DNA of 64,000 nucleotides from Azolla caroliniana (taxonomy: Eukaryota; Plantae; Polypodiophyta): positions 1 to 64,000 of the forward strand of contig JBHGNT010000107.1 of the NCBI GenBank assembly GCA_043228905.1, written 5' to 3'. The first letter of the stretch is position 1. Each line of letters starts with the position of its first letter. Of the stretch, positions 34,259-46,700 are shown one piece after another. The position numbers were made by a program, and so were the translations under genes. Below the pieces are notes generated by a model. That model did no database searches. It worked only from the letters and a program-made list of their open reading frames with translations, and was not told the origin of the DNA.

Positions 34259-34895
34259 TGTTGAGATATCAAGCTCAACTAGTTTAATCTAGTTAGTCAA
34301 CACATGTAACTTAGTAGTTACCTAGATCGAATGTAGTTAATGTGTTGACCTTAAGCCTTTAAATACGACCTTGTACTTAAGTGGAATATTCTACATCCTC
34401 CACTCCTTAGTACATTTAATGTAGGACTTACACATAAGTACCTATGTTCTACCCACACATGTGCACCTTTGCACATGGGTTGTATATACACCTCATTGTG
34501 GGTATTTTTGTATGTTGATGACACTTTTCAATATAGTCAATCATCCCCCATTTATCTTCATGTTCATAAGTGTAACTTCCTCTCTCTCTCTCTCTCTCTC
34601 TCTTCCTCTCACACACTCTCATGTGCAAATCATACTAATCTTCCGTTGTTTAACGTAACCATATAATTAGTCTCTAATTAACCCTAGTTAATTACCTAAT
34701 TACTTAACATGGTATCAAAGCGTGTGGTTTAGGAAATCCTCCAAGCCCACGGCTTATTTGTGATTGTGTGTTCGAGACGCCGACGACAAATCCCGGCTAT
34801 TCGCTATCCACTACCGTAGTGCCACTACGAAGGATGTGTATACGACCAAGAGAAGAAAAACAAAACGGAAGACACAACAATCAACATGAACACAC

Positions 34896-35489
34896 TGTTG
34901 GGATTTCGGTCCCTACGGATGGGATGTCCGGAGATGAACGACGGCAATCCCGGTTACGGTTACGGTCCCGGCTACGGAGCCGGATGATGAAGACCCCGGC
35001 TATGGAGCCGGATGATGTATGTACCCGGGGCGAGATCCGGATGCGGGGACATACTTGTGAATATGTTCGCCAAGGGCCCTTGAGGCTATATTTGTAAATA
35101 GCCCGAAAGTCATATGCGTATAAATATGACTTAGGGCAAATAGTTTTAGGTTGTTGCTCATTTTATGTTTTCAGTTGAGAGAGCGAAGTGAGAGCAGCCG
35201 AGAGAGAGAGAGAGAGAGAAACGAAGAGGTCGACGCCTCTGTGTATTACCGCCGCCTGTGGCGAAGACAGTGAGCTCAAGGTTGTTGCCTTGTAGCTTCA
35301 CCATTGTACATCTCTGTGTATAGTGATAGTTGGAGTTTGAGGACTCCCGTGGTTTTTTTTTCCCATTTAGGGTTTTCCACGTAAAACACCCTGTGTACTC
35401 TTCTCTCTATTGTCTTCGTACATTTTGTATTTCCTGTTTTCTGTGAGTTGATCCTATTCCTCGGTTGTGTCCGAGCACGGTTTTCAACA
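34896..35489 (+). repeat. Copia LTR (family A relative), copy 1
   Basis: TGTTGG...CAACA, with CACAC on both sides. Confidence 0.95.
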
Positions 35490-35779
35490 CACACAAATAG
35501 GAAGCTCACTCCCTAGCGAAAAGCTAGATTGAAGCAACTATTCAGCTTGGGAGTACAAGATGAATCAATACCTTGTCGGCCAAGGGTATTGGAGCTACAT
35601 CAACGGCGCACAAGAAAACAAACTCGAAATCACACACGCCAACTACGCAACGTGGGAGCAAGGTGCGAGTCGGGTAATGTATTGCTTGGCAACATGTGTA
35701 AACGACCACATGCTAAGCCACATTCGTGACGCCAAGACGCCCAAAGAGGCGTGGGAAAATCTCACGAAGATTTTCGCCG

Positions 35780-37231
35780 AAAGGAAAGCGGGCACTTCGA
35801 AACAAGTGGGTGTTCAAGCTGAAACCGGGAGATGCCGGAAACCCCCCGAGATACAAAGCCAGGATCGTGGTGAAGGGGTTTCAGCAGAAGAAGGGCGTCG
35901 ACTTCGACGAGATATTTGCCCCGGTAGTGAAGATGACCTCCATCCGAACGGTGCTGAGCATAGCGGCAAGCATGAACCTCGAGGTAGAACAGATGGACGT
36001 GAAGACGGCATTCCTTCACGGTGACCTCGAAGAAGAGATCTACATGCAGCAACCGGAAGGATTCGAGAAGAAAGGGAAGGAGCACCTGGTATGCCGGTTA
36101 AAGAAGAGCCTTTACGGACTGAAGCAGGCTCCCCGGCAATGGTACCGGAAGTTCGACTCTTTCATGACCGACGAGGGGTACCTCAAAACGCAGTCTGACC
36201 ACTGCGTGTTTGTGAAGAAGTTCGAAGGAGGAGACTTTCTAATACTCCTCTTGTACGTGGACGACATGTTGATCGTCGGACGAGACCAGGTCAAGATACG
36301 GATGCTGAAGAAGGCTCTTCACCGAACCTTCTCAATGAAGGACCTGGGTCCGGCGAGGCAAATACTAGGGATGCACATCATCTGGGACCGGAAGAAGAAG
36401 CAGTTGTGGCTGTCACATGAGAAGTACGTGACAAAGGTGCTTCACCGGTTCAACATGTCGGAAGCAAGACCGGTCGGGTCAACACTCCCGGCAAACTGCA
36501 AGCTGTCCAGCAAGCAGAGCCCCAAGACAAAGGCTGAGAAGGAGGACATGATGAAAGTACCATATGCCTCTGCCGTCGGGAGCTTGATGTACGCAATGGT
36601 GTGTACCCGACCGGACATCGGATATGCAGTCGGAGTGGTGAGCCGGTACATGAGCAATCCCGGCAAAGAGCACTGGAACGCGGTCAAGTGGATACTCCGA
36701 TACCTGAAGGGCACGGCAAACGTGAGCCTCCGATTCGGCTCCGGTAAGCCCGAACTCGACGGCTTTACCGATTCGGATATGTCGGCTGATGCAGACACCA
36801 GCCGGTCCACATCAGGGTATGTGATGACGTATGCAGGTGGAGCTGTTTCGTGGCAGTCGAGGCTGCAGAAGACGGTTGCATTGTCAACCACGGAGGCGGA
36901 GTACATGGCGGCTGTTGAAGCCGGCAAGGAAATGATATGGATGAAGGACTTCATTAGAGAGCTCGGTATCCGGCAGGAGGAGTACCGACTCTACTGCGAC
37001 AGTCAGAATGCCATCCACCTTGCGAAGAACGCGGCCTATCACTCCCGGACGAAGCACATCCAGCGAAGATATCACTGGATCCGGGAAAGGATAGAAGACC
37101 AGGAGTTCGTGCTGACGAAGATCCACACGGACGAGAACGGGTCGGATATGCTGACCAAGGTACTCACACCCGACAAGCTGGAGGCATGCCGGAAGAGGAT
37201 CGGATTGGAGAGACATCCCATGCCGAAGTGA
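35780..37231 (+). CDS. Copia RT-RNase H fragment, uninterrupted but 5'-truncated
   Basis: KWVFKLK, QMDVKTAFLHG, SLYGLKQAPRQW, LLYVDDML, GFTDSD and STTEAEY. PPT follows. Confidence 0.92.
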   Translation, partial: KGKRALRNKWVFKLKPGDAGNPPRYKARIVVKGFQQKKGVDFDEIFAPVVKMTSIRTVLSIAASMNLEVEQMDVKTAFLHGDLEEEIYMQQPEGFEKKGKEHLVCRLKKSLYGLKQAPRQWYRKFDSFMTDEGYLKTQSDHCVFVKKFEGGDFLILLLYVDDMLIVGRDQVKIRMLKKALHRTFSMKDLGPARQILGMHIIWDRKKKQLWLSHEKYVTKVLHRFNMSEARPVGSTLPANCKLSSKQSPKTKAEKEDMMKVPYASAVGSLMYAMVCTRPDIGYAVGVVSRYMSNPGKEHWNAVKWILRYLKGTANVSLRFGSGKPELDGFTDSDMSADADTSRSTSGYVMTYAGGAVSWQSRLQKTVALSTTEAEYMAAVEAGKEMIWMKDFIRELGIRQEEYRLYCDSQNAIHLAKNAAYHSRTKHIQRRYHWIRERIEDQEFVLTKIHTDENGSDMLTKVLTPDKLEACRKRIGLERHPMPK

Positions 37232-37241
37232 AGGGGGAGTT

Positions 37242-37835
37242 TGTTGGGATTTCGGTCCCTACGGATGGGATGTCCGGAGATGAACGACGGCAATCCCGGT
37301 TACGGTTACGGTCCCGGCTACGGAGCCGGATGATGAAGACCCCGGCTACGGAGCCGGATGATGTATGTACCCAGGGCGAGATCCGGATGCGGGGACATAC
37401 TTGTGAATATGTTCGCCAAGGGCCCTTGAGGCTATATTTGTAAATAGCCCGAAAGTCATATGCGTATAAATATGACTTAGGGCAAACAGTTTTAGGTTGT
37501 TGCTCATTTTATGTTTTCAGTTGAGAGAGCGAAGTGAGAGCAGCCGAGAGAGAGAGAGAGAGAGAAACGAAGAGGTCGACGCCTCTGTGTATTACCGCCG
37601 CCTGTGGCGAAGACAGTGAGCTCAAGGTTGTTGCCTTGTAGCTTCACCATTGTACATCTCTGTGTATAGTGATAGTTGGAGTTTGAGGACTCCCGTGGTT
37701 TTTTTTTCCCATTTAGGGTTTTCCACGTAAAACACCCTGTGTACTCTTCTCTCTATTGTCTTCGTACATTTTGTATTTCCTGTTTTCTGTGAGTTGATCC
37801 TATTCCTCGGTTGTGTCCGAGCACGGTTTTCAACA
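37242..37835 (+). repeat. Copia LTR, copy 2 (3' LTR)
   Basis: Preceded by PPT and followed by CACAC. About 3 substitutions relative to copy 1. Confidence 0.95.
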
Positions 37836-40112
37836 CACACAAATAGGAAGCTCACTCCCTAGCGAAAAGCTAGATTGAAGCAACTATTCAGCTTGGGAGT
37901 ACAAGATGAATCAATACCTTGTCGGCCAAGGGTATTGGAGCTACATCAACGGCGCACAAGAAAACAAACTCGAAATCACACACGCCAACTACGCAACGTG
38001 GGAGCAAGGTGCGAGTCGGGTAATGTATTGCTTGGCAACATGTGTAAACGACCACATGCTAAGCCACATTCGTGACGCCAAGACGCCCAAAGAGGCGTGG
38101 GAAAATCTCACGAAGATTTTCGCCGCGGACACATCCGTACGCAAGCTTCAACTCTGGCAAGAGTTCAACAACATACGACAAAAAGAAATGTTCGTGACGG
38201 ACTACACGGCCAAGATCAAGAGCATTTGCAACTCGCTTGGCTCCATCAACGTCAACATCGACGAAGACGAGATGGTGCAAGTATGCTTGGGCGGCCTCGC
38301 ACAACGATGCAACCCGTTGAGAACGGCAATCTTGGCGAGAGATACCCCTCCCTCGTTCTTCAACCTGCAATCAATGCTATTGGTCGAAGAAAAGCACGTT
38401 CAATCAAAGACCAACACATCGGAAGGACAAATTCTCTTCTCCGATACGGATGGTGCCCATAGACGAGGTTGAAGCGGAAGAGATCAATTCGACCTATCCC
38501 ACGAAGGGAATTCACAATTTTGGCAAGGAAACGGAAGCCATCGAGGAACCTTCACAAGAAGGGGGAGCTTCCATGACGAACAAGGTCGGCGAACGACGAC
38601 ACCTAAGTGCAACCATTACGACAAAATCCGCAATCACGAAGAGGAGTGTTGAAAAAGACGAAGCGAGTCAGCTTCAACAAGCAGGCAACTGACAAATTAC
38701 GCCGCGAATGCGGAATACGCGGACTACGACGGACTCTTCGTGATGAGGCATAGAGCAAACTCTATGATGGCCTCCGATCCTGCAAACTCGGCAAGCACCT
38801 CTTACTCCGAACACGCGTGGTTCGTAGACTCCAACGCCTCACACCACATGACGTCGCACCAAGAGTGGTTTCACAACTTGTGAACACCGGATTGAACCGG
38901 TTACATAGAGACCAGAGACGACACTCAGCATCCCATTCGGCACATCGGCGATGTCCCATTCGGGAAAGAAGGCAAGCAAACCTGCATCAAGAATGTCTTG
39001 CACGTGCCCACAATAACAAAGAATTTGGTCTCGGTCGGCCAAATCGTGGAGCAAGGCATGCAAGTCCGCTTCAACAATGAAGGTTGCTTCATCGAGAAAG
39101 ACGGTCGACTCATAGCCAAGGGACGGAGAAACGGTCGCTTGTTCATCCTTGACTCGAACGAGCTAAAATCGGCCATGTACGCCAAAGGTCTCAAGACCGA
39201 GACAAACATTGAGTTGTGGCACAAGTGAATCGGCCACGTAAACCTCCAACGGCTTCACGGAATGCAATCAAAGGGAGTTGTAATCGCACTTCCGGCCTTT
39301 GAATCGAAACGAGTCAACTGAGTGTGCGAAGCATGCCAACTCGGCAAACAATATCGACTCCCATTCCCGAAGGAGAGCTCCGCAAGCAAACGCCTCCTTG
39401 ACATAATCCACTCGGACGTATGGGGACCAGACTGGCTCAAACGCCGACGCTCGGCGGATGCCGCTACTACGTCACCTTCATCGAGGACCACTCGCGCTAC
39501 GCGTGGATATACCCGATGAAGAAGAAGAGCGAAGTGCTCTGCCACTTTCAAAGGCTTAAAAGCCAAGTGGAGAAAGAAACCGGTCGGCACATTCGATGCC
39601 TACGATCGGACGGAGGAAAGGAGTACTTCTCTGACGGCCGGCAAAGGAGTTCAGAGTGTGAAATGGGGAGTTATTTAATTAGTAGGAATGGTTGTAAGTA
39701 AGCTACGAGTGTGGACGGACGGACCGGAATCGGTATGCCGTTCCGGATCCGAACCGATCCCGAACAGGTGCGGATGGCACTGTTTTGTAATACAGACCGT
39801 AAACCTATTTAAAGGCCCGGATACAATGTAATGAGGAGCGGTTAATTAATAAAGCTTAGTGTTGTTATCTCTTTGTGTTAATTGTCGTTCTGCATTCATT
39901 GTTATATCTTACGCGTGTGATTATTAAAGACGAACATGCTAAGTAATCTAATTAAGTTGGAGTAATCGTTGAGTCTAATCCTGTTGTCGTAACACCCCTT
40001 TGGTGAAGTGTCTTCCGTAGACACCCTGTGTTAGGCCATTGTCCGGCCCTAAGAGTTAACACAGTTTTTGGCAACCACGATTCCTGTTTTGGCAGCGAAC
40101 GACGGCACGGAT

Positions 40113-43100
40113 GGATGACTAGATCAACGCACGACCTGGTTACAAATCGAACTCGATGCCTTGCCGAAAGGCAAAGGAGACGTGAGGCTTTCCAGCAAGC
40201 GGCGCAGGAAATTAGAGCGGATCGCTCGTTTTCCAACATAATCCGGAGAGTAGCGGAGGACTCCCTCTGGTTACAACAAACATCGCACCCGGACGACGGC
40301 AGCAGCCTAAGCAGCCTCCGGGAAACTGAATCCCTTCTCCAGGCGTTGGCAAACGGAGAAGGTGAAGCAAAAGCCTTTTCAGCGTATGAATCGGACTCCG
40401 AAGGGGAATACAGCGTGCACACGAACTACCGTCACAGCAACGAAACCCCGGGCGGACCGGAGGACGAAGGATCGGATACCTTACCGACACCGAAACCAGA
40501 AGTGCTAACGCTGGAACCCCCGGAACCAGCAAAGGAAGAGCGACCTCCGACGCCGGAAGTCGAAGAGGAGAGGCCTCCATCACCAAAAGAAGAGGAAAGA
40601 CCACCGACGCTTGAAACAAATCAGGAAAGACCACCGACGCCGAAGAAAATCTCGGAACGAGCACCAACACTGCCAGCCCGCGCATCGATACCGGACGACG
40701 ACATGTCGTTCCAGTACTCCAAGTATAGAGATGATCCGGACGCAGAAGCTCATGTGCATGCCTTTGAACAGACATGGGAAACCAACCATGTGTCCGAGCG
40801 ATTGACCCCAGATGAAGAGGAACGCTCTAAGATAGTGGAATTTGGCGTCACATTGGAGGGACCGACAGCAAGATGGAGCCGGACGCAGGACCCGTCTACC
40901 ATCAACACCTTTGCAGATTTAAAAGCTAAATTCTTGCATTTTTTCCAAAAGGAGGTGGACCAGACCGTAATGGTAGGCTTATTTTATACCATCCGACAGG
41001 AAGCAGGGGAGAGCATTCACCAGTTTGTCATCCGGTTTCAACGGATGCATAGTCAGCTTGCCCGCGCACCCCCGGAGGAGGAATTACGGACTATATTCCT
41101 AAACGCGCTCCGGGAACCCCTATGCACGGTTTGCACGGTAATTGACTTCCGCACAAGTACCATCGACTAGGTCATTGACCGGGTGAGAGAGATGGAAAAG
41201 ACAAGCTCCTGGCTCACACTGGGAGCACTCCAACGGGCGTTACCGTCCGATGAAGACCTTCGGTTTCGGCAAGCAATACAGTGAACAACCTGGTTGAATT
41301 CCGGACACTCGGCTCTAGAATGCACTATGAGGACGCATTGTGTAATCTGTCAATCCAAGGGCCATACGACGGATAGGTGCGAGTATAATCTATTGAATCG
41401 GCAAGCACCGCCCGTCCGACAAATTGAGCCACGCAGCAGCCAGGATGAAGAAGAGGAACGTTGGCGGCGAATGGACCGCAACCGACCGGCACAGGATGTC
41501 CGGTATGGTGATCAACGGGAGAATGATGTCCGGTACGGTGATCGGCGGGATAACTATGACCGGCATGCTCGGTACCGGGATTACAATAGACGATACGAAC
41601 ATTACGATCAGGAGCACTCCCCCGAGTATCGTCAGTAGCGGGAGGAATACGGCAGATATAACGGGAAACCCCGTCAAGAGTACCGCAATAAGAAGAGTTA
41701 TAACAAAAAACGGCATTTCAAAAAAGGCGGCTACCCACGGGATCCGGAACAAGGAGCTTCAAGCAGCCAACCGGCCCAAAACCCCGCGCGTACCACAGGA
41801 CCTGCCTCAGGTACAACAGACAATGCCAAATCTAGCAATACCCAGAAAGCCTACTGCTACGACTGCCGACAGGAAGGCCATTATAGTAATCAATGCCCGG
41901 TGAAGAGCTATGAAAAACGACCGACGGTAAATATGGTAGTCCCTGAGGTGGCAGATCTGCAGCAGGTGACCACAAGGTCGAAGGGCATGGCCAAGGAATG
42001 GGAGAAGCAGGAGACCATCCGGAAACAAGCGACGGAATGGGTGAAGAAAGCAAACGAGCAGAATGTCACAGACTTACAGCGGCAAAAGGAGAACACCGTA
42101 GGGCTTGCCGGCGGCAGTCACTCCGAGAACGGGACATGGCAGGCGTTGCAAGAATGCCAGATTATGCTGCCACTAGGAAGACTCCTACAACTCGTGCCAA
42201 GATTCACGGAAGGACTGAAGATGACCATGACGGCAGGAGAATCATCACCGGCACCGGTACTCTTCTCGAATCCGGAGGAGGGACCAACGGTGGTGGACAC
42301 CAACAGTCCGGTAATCACTGCCATTGTAAAAGGGAAAGAACTCCCCGGCACAGTTATAGACGGAGGCTTTGGGGTGAATGTAATAAGCCTCCGAACGTGT
42401 GATGCCCTAGGAATCCACGAATGGGAGCCGTGTCCGTTCTGGTTGCGGATGGCCGATACAAGCTCAGTGTGGCCGACAGGATTAATACAGAAATTAGAAG
42501 TCACTATGGGCCATCATACATTTCACATCTCGGCAGTAGTGCTACAAGTACAGGCACAAGGCGCATACCCGCTATTGCTGGGGCGGCCGTGGTTGAAAAC
42601 GGCACATATCAAACAGAATTGGAGGAAAAATATAATTACCTTCCGGCGAAGAAAAGCTAAGGTACGAGTACCAACACAGCCAAGGACGAGCACTGGCAAG
42701 GAATGTACACCGTTGTATGCAGAGTGCATCAACATGCTAGAAGGGTTAGCTGACGAAGAAGAAGCTCAGTACTTGCAGGAACACCCGAAGATCATACCCT
42801 CCTTCGAAATTGACATTGCCGAAGTAGTATCACCATACTTACCGCAACCGGAAGAGGTTGAAGCAGAACCGGATAAAGACACAATCCGGGAGCTATGGCA
42901 AGCGCAGGAAGCGTTGGAACGGGAAATGGCCGTTTCACAGCGCGTAAAAGCGTCGCAACTGGAAGAGGTGAACCTAGGGACCACGGACGAAGCAAAACCG
43001 GTGCACATCGCCAAGGAGATGAAGTCCGAAGACAAAACGGCGATGATCACACTTCTCACGGAATTTCGCGATGTGTTCGCCTGGTCATACGAAGACATGC

Positions 43101-45020
43101 GAGGACTTGACCCTCAGTTATACCAGCATCAGGTTCACTTGAGCAAGGACGCAAAACCAGTGGCACAAAGACGGTACCGGATGAATCCCAATTATGCCGC
43201 CAAAGTCAAGGAGGAAATCGACAAACTGCTAAGAGTTGGCTTTATCCGTCCGGTAAAGAAAGCGACATGGCTGAGGCCGATCGTAGTCGTACCGAAGAAG
43301 AACGGAAAAATTCGAGTTTGTGTGGACTACCGGAAACTCAATGCAGCTACGGTAACGGATGCGTTTCCACTTCCGTTCATAGATGGAGTGTTGGATGCCG
43401 TCACCGGCCATGAGGTCTATAGCTTCCTAGACGGATTCAGCGGGTATAATCATATCCGGATGCACCCCGACGACCAAGAGAAAATGGCTTTCGTCACTGA
43501 ATGGGGGGTGTTTGTGGCCGTGGTGATGATGTTCGGACTCAAAACGGCACCGGCAACATTTCAACGAATCATCATGGAAATCTTTGGTGAATATATTCCG
43601 GCTTTTATGCAGGTTTTCCTTGACGATTTCGTCGTCTATAGCCGGGAGGAGGACCATTTTCAGCACCTCCGTCTTTGTCTAGAAAAGTGTAGAGCGTACC
43701 GGCTAAGCTTGAATCTGGCAAAGTGTGTATTTGGCGTGTCCAGTGGAACTTTATTAGGACATATTGTGAGCCAGGAAGGAATTGTAGTCGACCCGGACAA
43801 AGTGAAAGCCATATTGTAAGCACCGGCGCCGGCAACGGCAAAGGCATTAAGCCGGTTCTTAGGCCAGATCCGGTGGCACAGCCGGATGCTCCGATACTTG
43901 GCCGACCTGGCTACACCGTTGCATGCCGCCGCACATCGGACACCATTCCAGTGGACCGACACCGAGGATAGGGCGGATAGGGCCCTCAAGGTACTATTGT
44001 CGCAAGCACCGGTAGTGCAGCCTCCGGATTGGAGTAAAGAATTTCATGTGTTCGTGGACGCCTCCGACATCGCAATCGGAAGTGTACTGATGCAGCTTAC
44101 GGAGCCAAACTGGTACCGGCCAGTGTACTATGCCAGCCGAAAGCTATCCCAAGCAGAACGGAACTACTCTACCACGGAACGGGAAGCTCTAGGGATGATC
44201 TACAGTGTGACAAAGTTTCGGCATTATTTATTGGGAAGGAAGTTTTCCTTCCATGTAGATCATTCGGCACTCCTTTACCTGGTGTCCAAAGCGTCACTCA
44301 CCGGCAAATTGGCCCGGTGGACCTTACTGTTACAGGAATTCGAGTTTGAAATATTCCACCGACCCGGTATACAGCATGCCGTGGCGGATTACTTAAGCCG
44401 ATTAGAGTCCGGAGAGACGGGTGACGGAGTAGCGGATGAGTTTCCGGATGCGGAGCTGTTTCGAGTCACTACAGAAACGGCAGCAGATGAGACGGTGGCA
44501 CAGGAAAACAAGTGGCTCACAAACATGCACCAGTTTCTGAGCACAGGACTGCCTTCGGAAGAGATGAACGGGGACGAACGGAAACGCCTGGCAGTGCAAA
44601 GCCGACATTTTTGCTTACTGCAAGACACACTTTACCACAAGGGCGCGGACGGCATATGGAGACGGGTTGTGCGCAACGATAAAAAGGACCTAATACTGAG
44701 GGAAGCCCACTACGGAGTTGCCGGAGGTCACTATGCCGGAAATGCGACGGCTAGGAAAATATGGCAAAGTGGCTTATGGTGGCCAACGACATTAAGCGAT
44801 GCGGTACGGTACGCAAAAGAATGTGACCTATGCCTGCGAATGGGCCAGCCAACGGAGCAGGCTCGTATGCCACACCAGCCGGTACTACCACTCGAGCCAT
44901 TCCAGAAGTGGGGGCTGGACTTTGTTGGACCGTTCAAACCACCAGCAATGAGAACGGGTAATCGGTACGTCATCGTCGCGACGGATTACTCCACGAAATG
45001 GGTGGAGGCCAAAGCTTTAC
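40113..45020 (+). pseudogene. gag-pol of element E with several stops, INT core truncated
   Basis: ORFs 40028..41170, 41294..41638, 41900..43819 and the first part of 43886..46180. Confidence 0.9.
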
Positions 45021-46700
45021 GGTCGTCGGCAAGGACCGTTGAGGCAGTCGGGAAACGTTCGGACCCTCAGACGGAGGGAACACCGGCTCCCTATACTGAG
45101 ACTCCCACGCCAAGGGAGGAACCGGCACCGGTGCGCATGGCACCGGAATCAGAAGCCCCGGCCCCACCGGCAACACTGGCAAGTCCCATCCCGCCAGAGC
45201 CAGAAAGGTCAATGCAGCCTCCCTCGGCCAACCAAGAAGAAGCGCAAGGGGAACCAGGACAGCAGGGTGGTCCACAGGCAAAAACGGAATTGCAACTTGG
45301 CGCAATCAGGAGGGACCACCCATCTACAAGTGAGCCCATCCATCAAACCTCCGGGCAAACGCAACAACAAGGCACCAGTAGCCTGTGGCTCCGGTGGATA
45401 GGTGAACAGATTGTCGGAGCAGTGGGGTATATTGAGGCGGAAGAAAGAGCGCAAAGCGAACGGTTGCTCGTCACAACCGAACAACTAGAGACGGCCCGGT
45501 CCAGAATCCGGTGCCTTGAAAAAGACTTGGATCATGTCACGACAGAGATGGCCAAAATGGCCTTAACGGCAACACAGATCCAATCACCGATGACTCCGGT
45601 AAGTGTACAGAATAAAGAAACAGATCGACCTGTACATACCAATAAGACCCCGGCAACGGAAACCGTTCTGGCGAGAGATGCGGCACAAGCCCAGGAGCTT
45701 GCGGAATTGAGAGATGAACCTGCCGCACAAGAAGCGCTAAGGAGCCGTGAACGGGAATTGAAGACAGCGGCCGAAGCCGAATTAAAGAAGACTACTGAGA
45801 ACCTCCGCCGGGCAGAGGAGAGCCTCCGGAAAGGCCATCAAGCGTACGACCGGCTAAGGGAGGAAAAAGACAAAGTGTTGCAGGAAAAGGACAAGCTGCG
45901 GAAGACGGCGAAAACAGAAATTGAACGGCTAAAGGAAGAGCTCTGCCAACGGAAGGACCGCGAGGACCGGGCCCGTCGACAGATCAACGCACGGCTCAAG
46001 CAAAAGACAGATGATTTTGAGCACCTGCACCAGGACTACAAACGGCTGGAAACGGAGCATAAGGAACGGATGGCCGAGCTCCAACAAGAAGTTGATCGGG
46101 CCGCAACGGTGATCGCCGACGAACATGCGGAAAATACAAGATGGTTGGACGAGGCGGAGAAGGTCCGGATGGAGCTCTAGAGGCAGCAGCAGGAAGAAAA
46201 GGAGAGAGCGTCAATGGTATTGCAGAAATTACAAAGCACATATCAAAGGCAATTGACGCATTACAAGGAGCAGGCGGAAGACAACGTCAAAATCATCAAG
46301 CAACTGAAGGAGGAACGGCAAGCGGCGGAAACCAAATCGCAATTGGGAACGAGCCGGATTCAGTCCATCCTTCGGGCATGGCTGAATTAGACAAAACACT
46401 TGATTGACGAAAGATCCGTAAGATGGTGGACAAAGTGGGCACAAAACGCGGCGGAACTCCAATTGCTACGGGCAGACGTGGCAAACCGGCGGAAGGAAGG
46501 AGATGATTGTTATACGTTGACTTCCGATGATTTCACCGCCATACGGGACGAGCTGGCCGACGACTTCCAAGTCCTGGCGGATGAACAGCTGGCGCAGGTC
46601 CGGCAACTCGTAGCTCAGCTAGACGATGATAGGCTGGACGCTCAAATCCAGTTTGAAAGCTACGAGCGGTCCCGGGTTCGGGAAGAAAAAGCACGAGAAG
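45021..46700 (+). pseudogene. Extra-ORF coiled-coil region, fused in frame to truncated INT
   Basis: After KWVEAKALR the frame becomes P/E/Q-rich, then heptad-rich. Homologous to 18600-20000 minus. Confidence 0.8.

Larger units (their letters stand above)
39637..46700 (+). mobile_element. Athila/OTA-like Gypsy element E, truncated at both ends
   Basis: LTR end at 40061 and PBS-like TGGCAACCACG. Gag 40028..41900, protease VIDGGFGVN, RT FLDGFSGY and VFLDDF, RNase [36 protein letters not shown], then the extra ORF. Confidence 0.9.

Noticed and set aside
35726-37231. Intact autonomous Copia between LTRs 34896 and 37242
   Set aside because: No PBS, protease or integrase. The 5' part is duplicated flank.
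45400-46700. Captured host myosin/SMC-like gene or viral env
   Set aside because: It occupies the same position in independent elements, has no introns, and shows no signal peptide or transmembrane segment.
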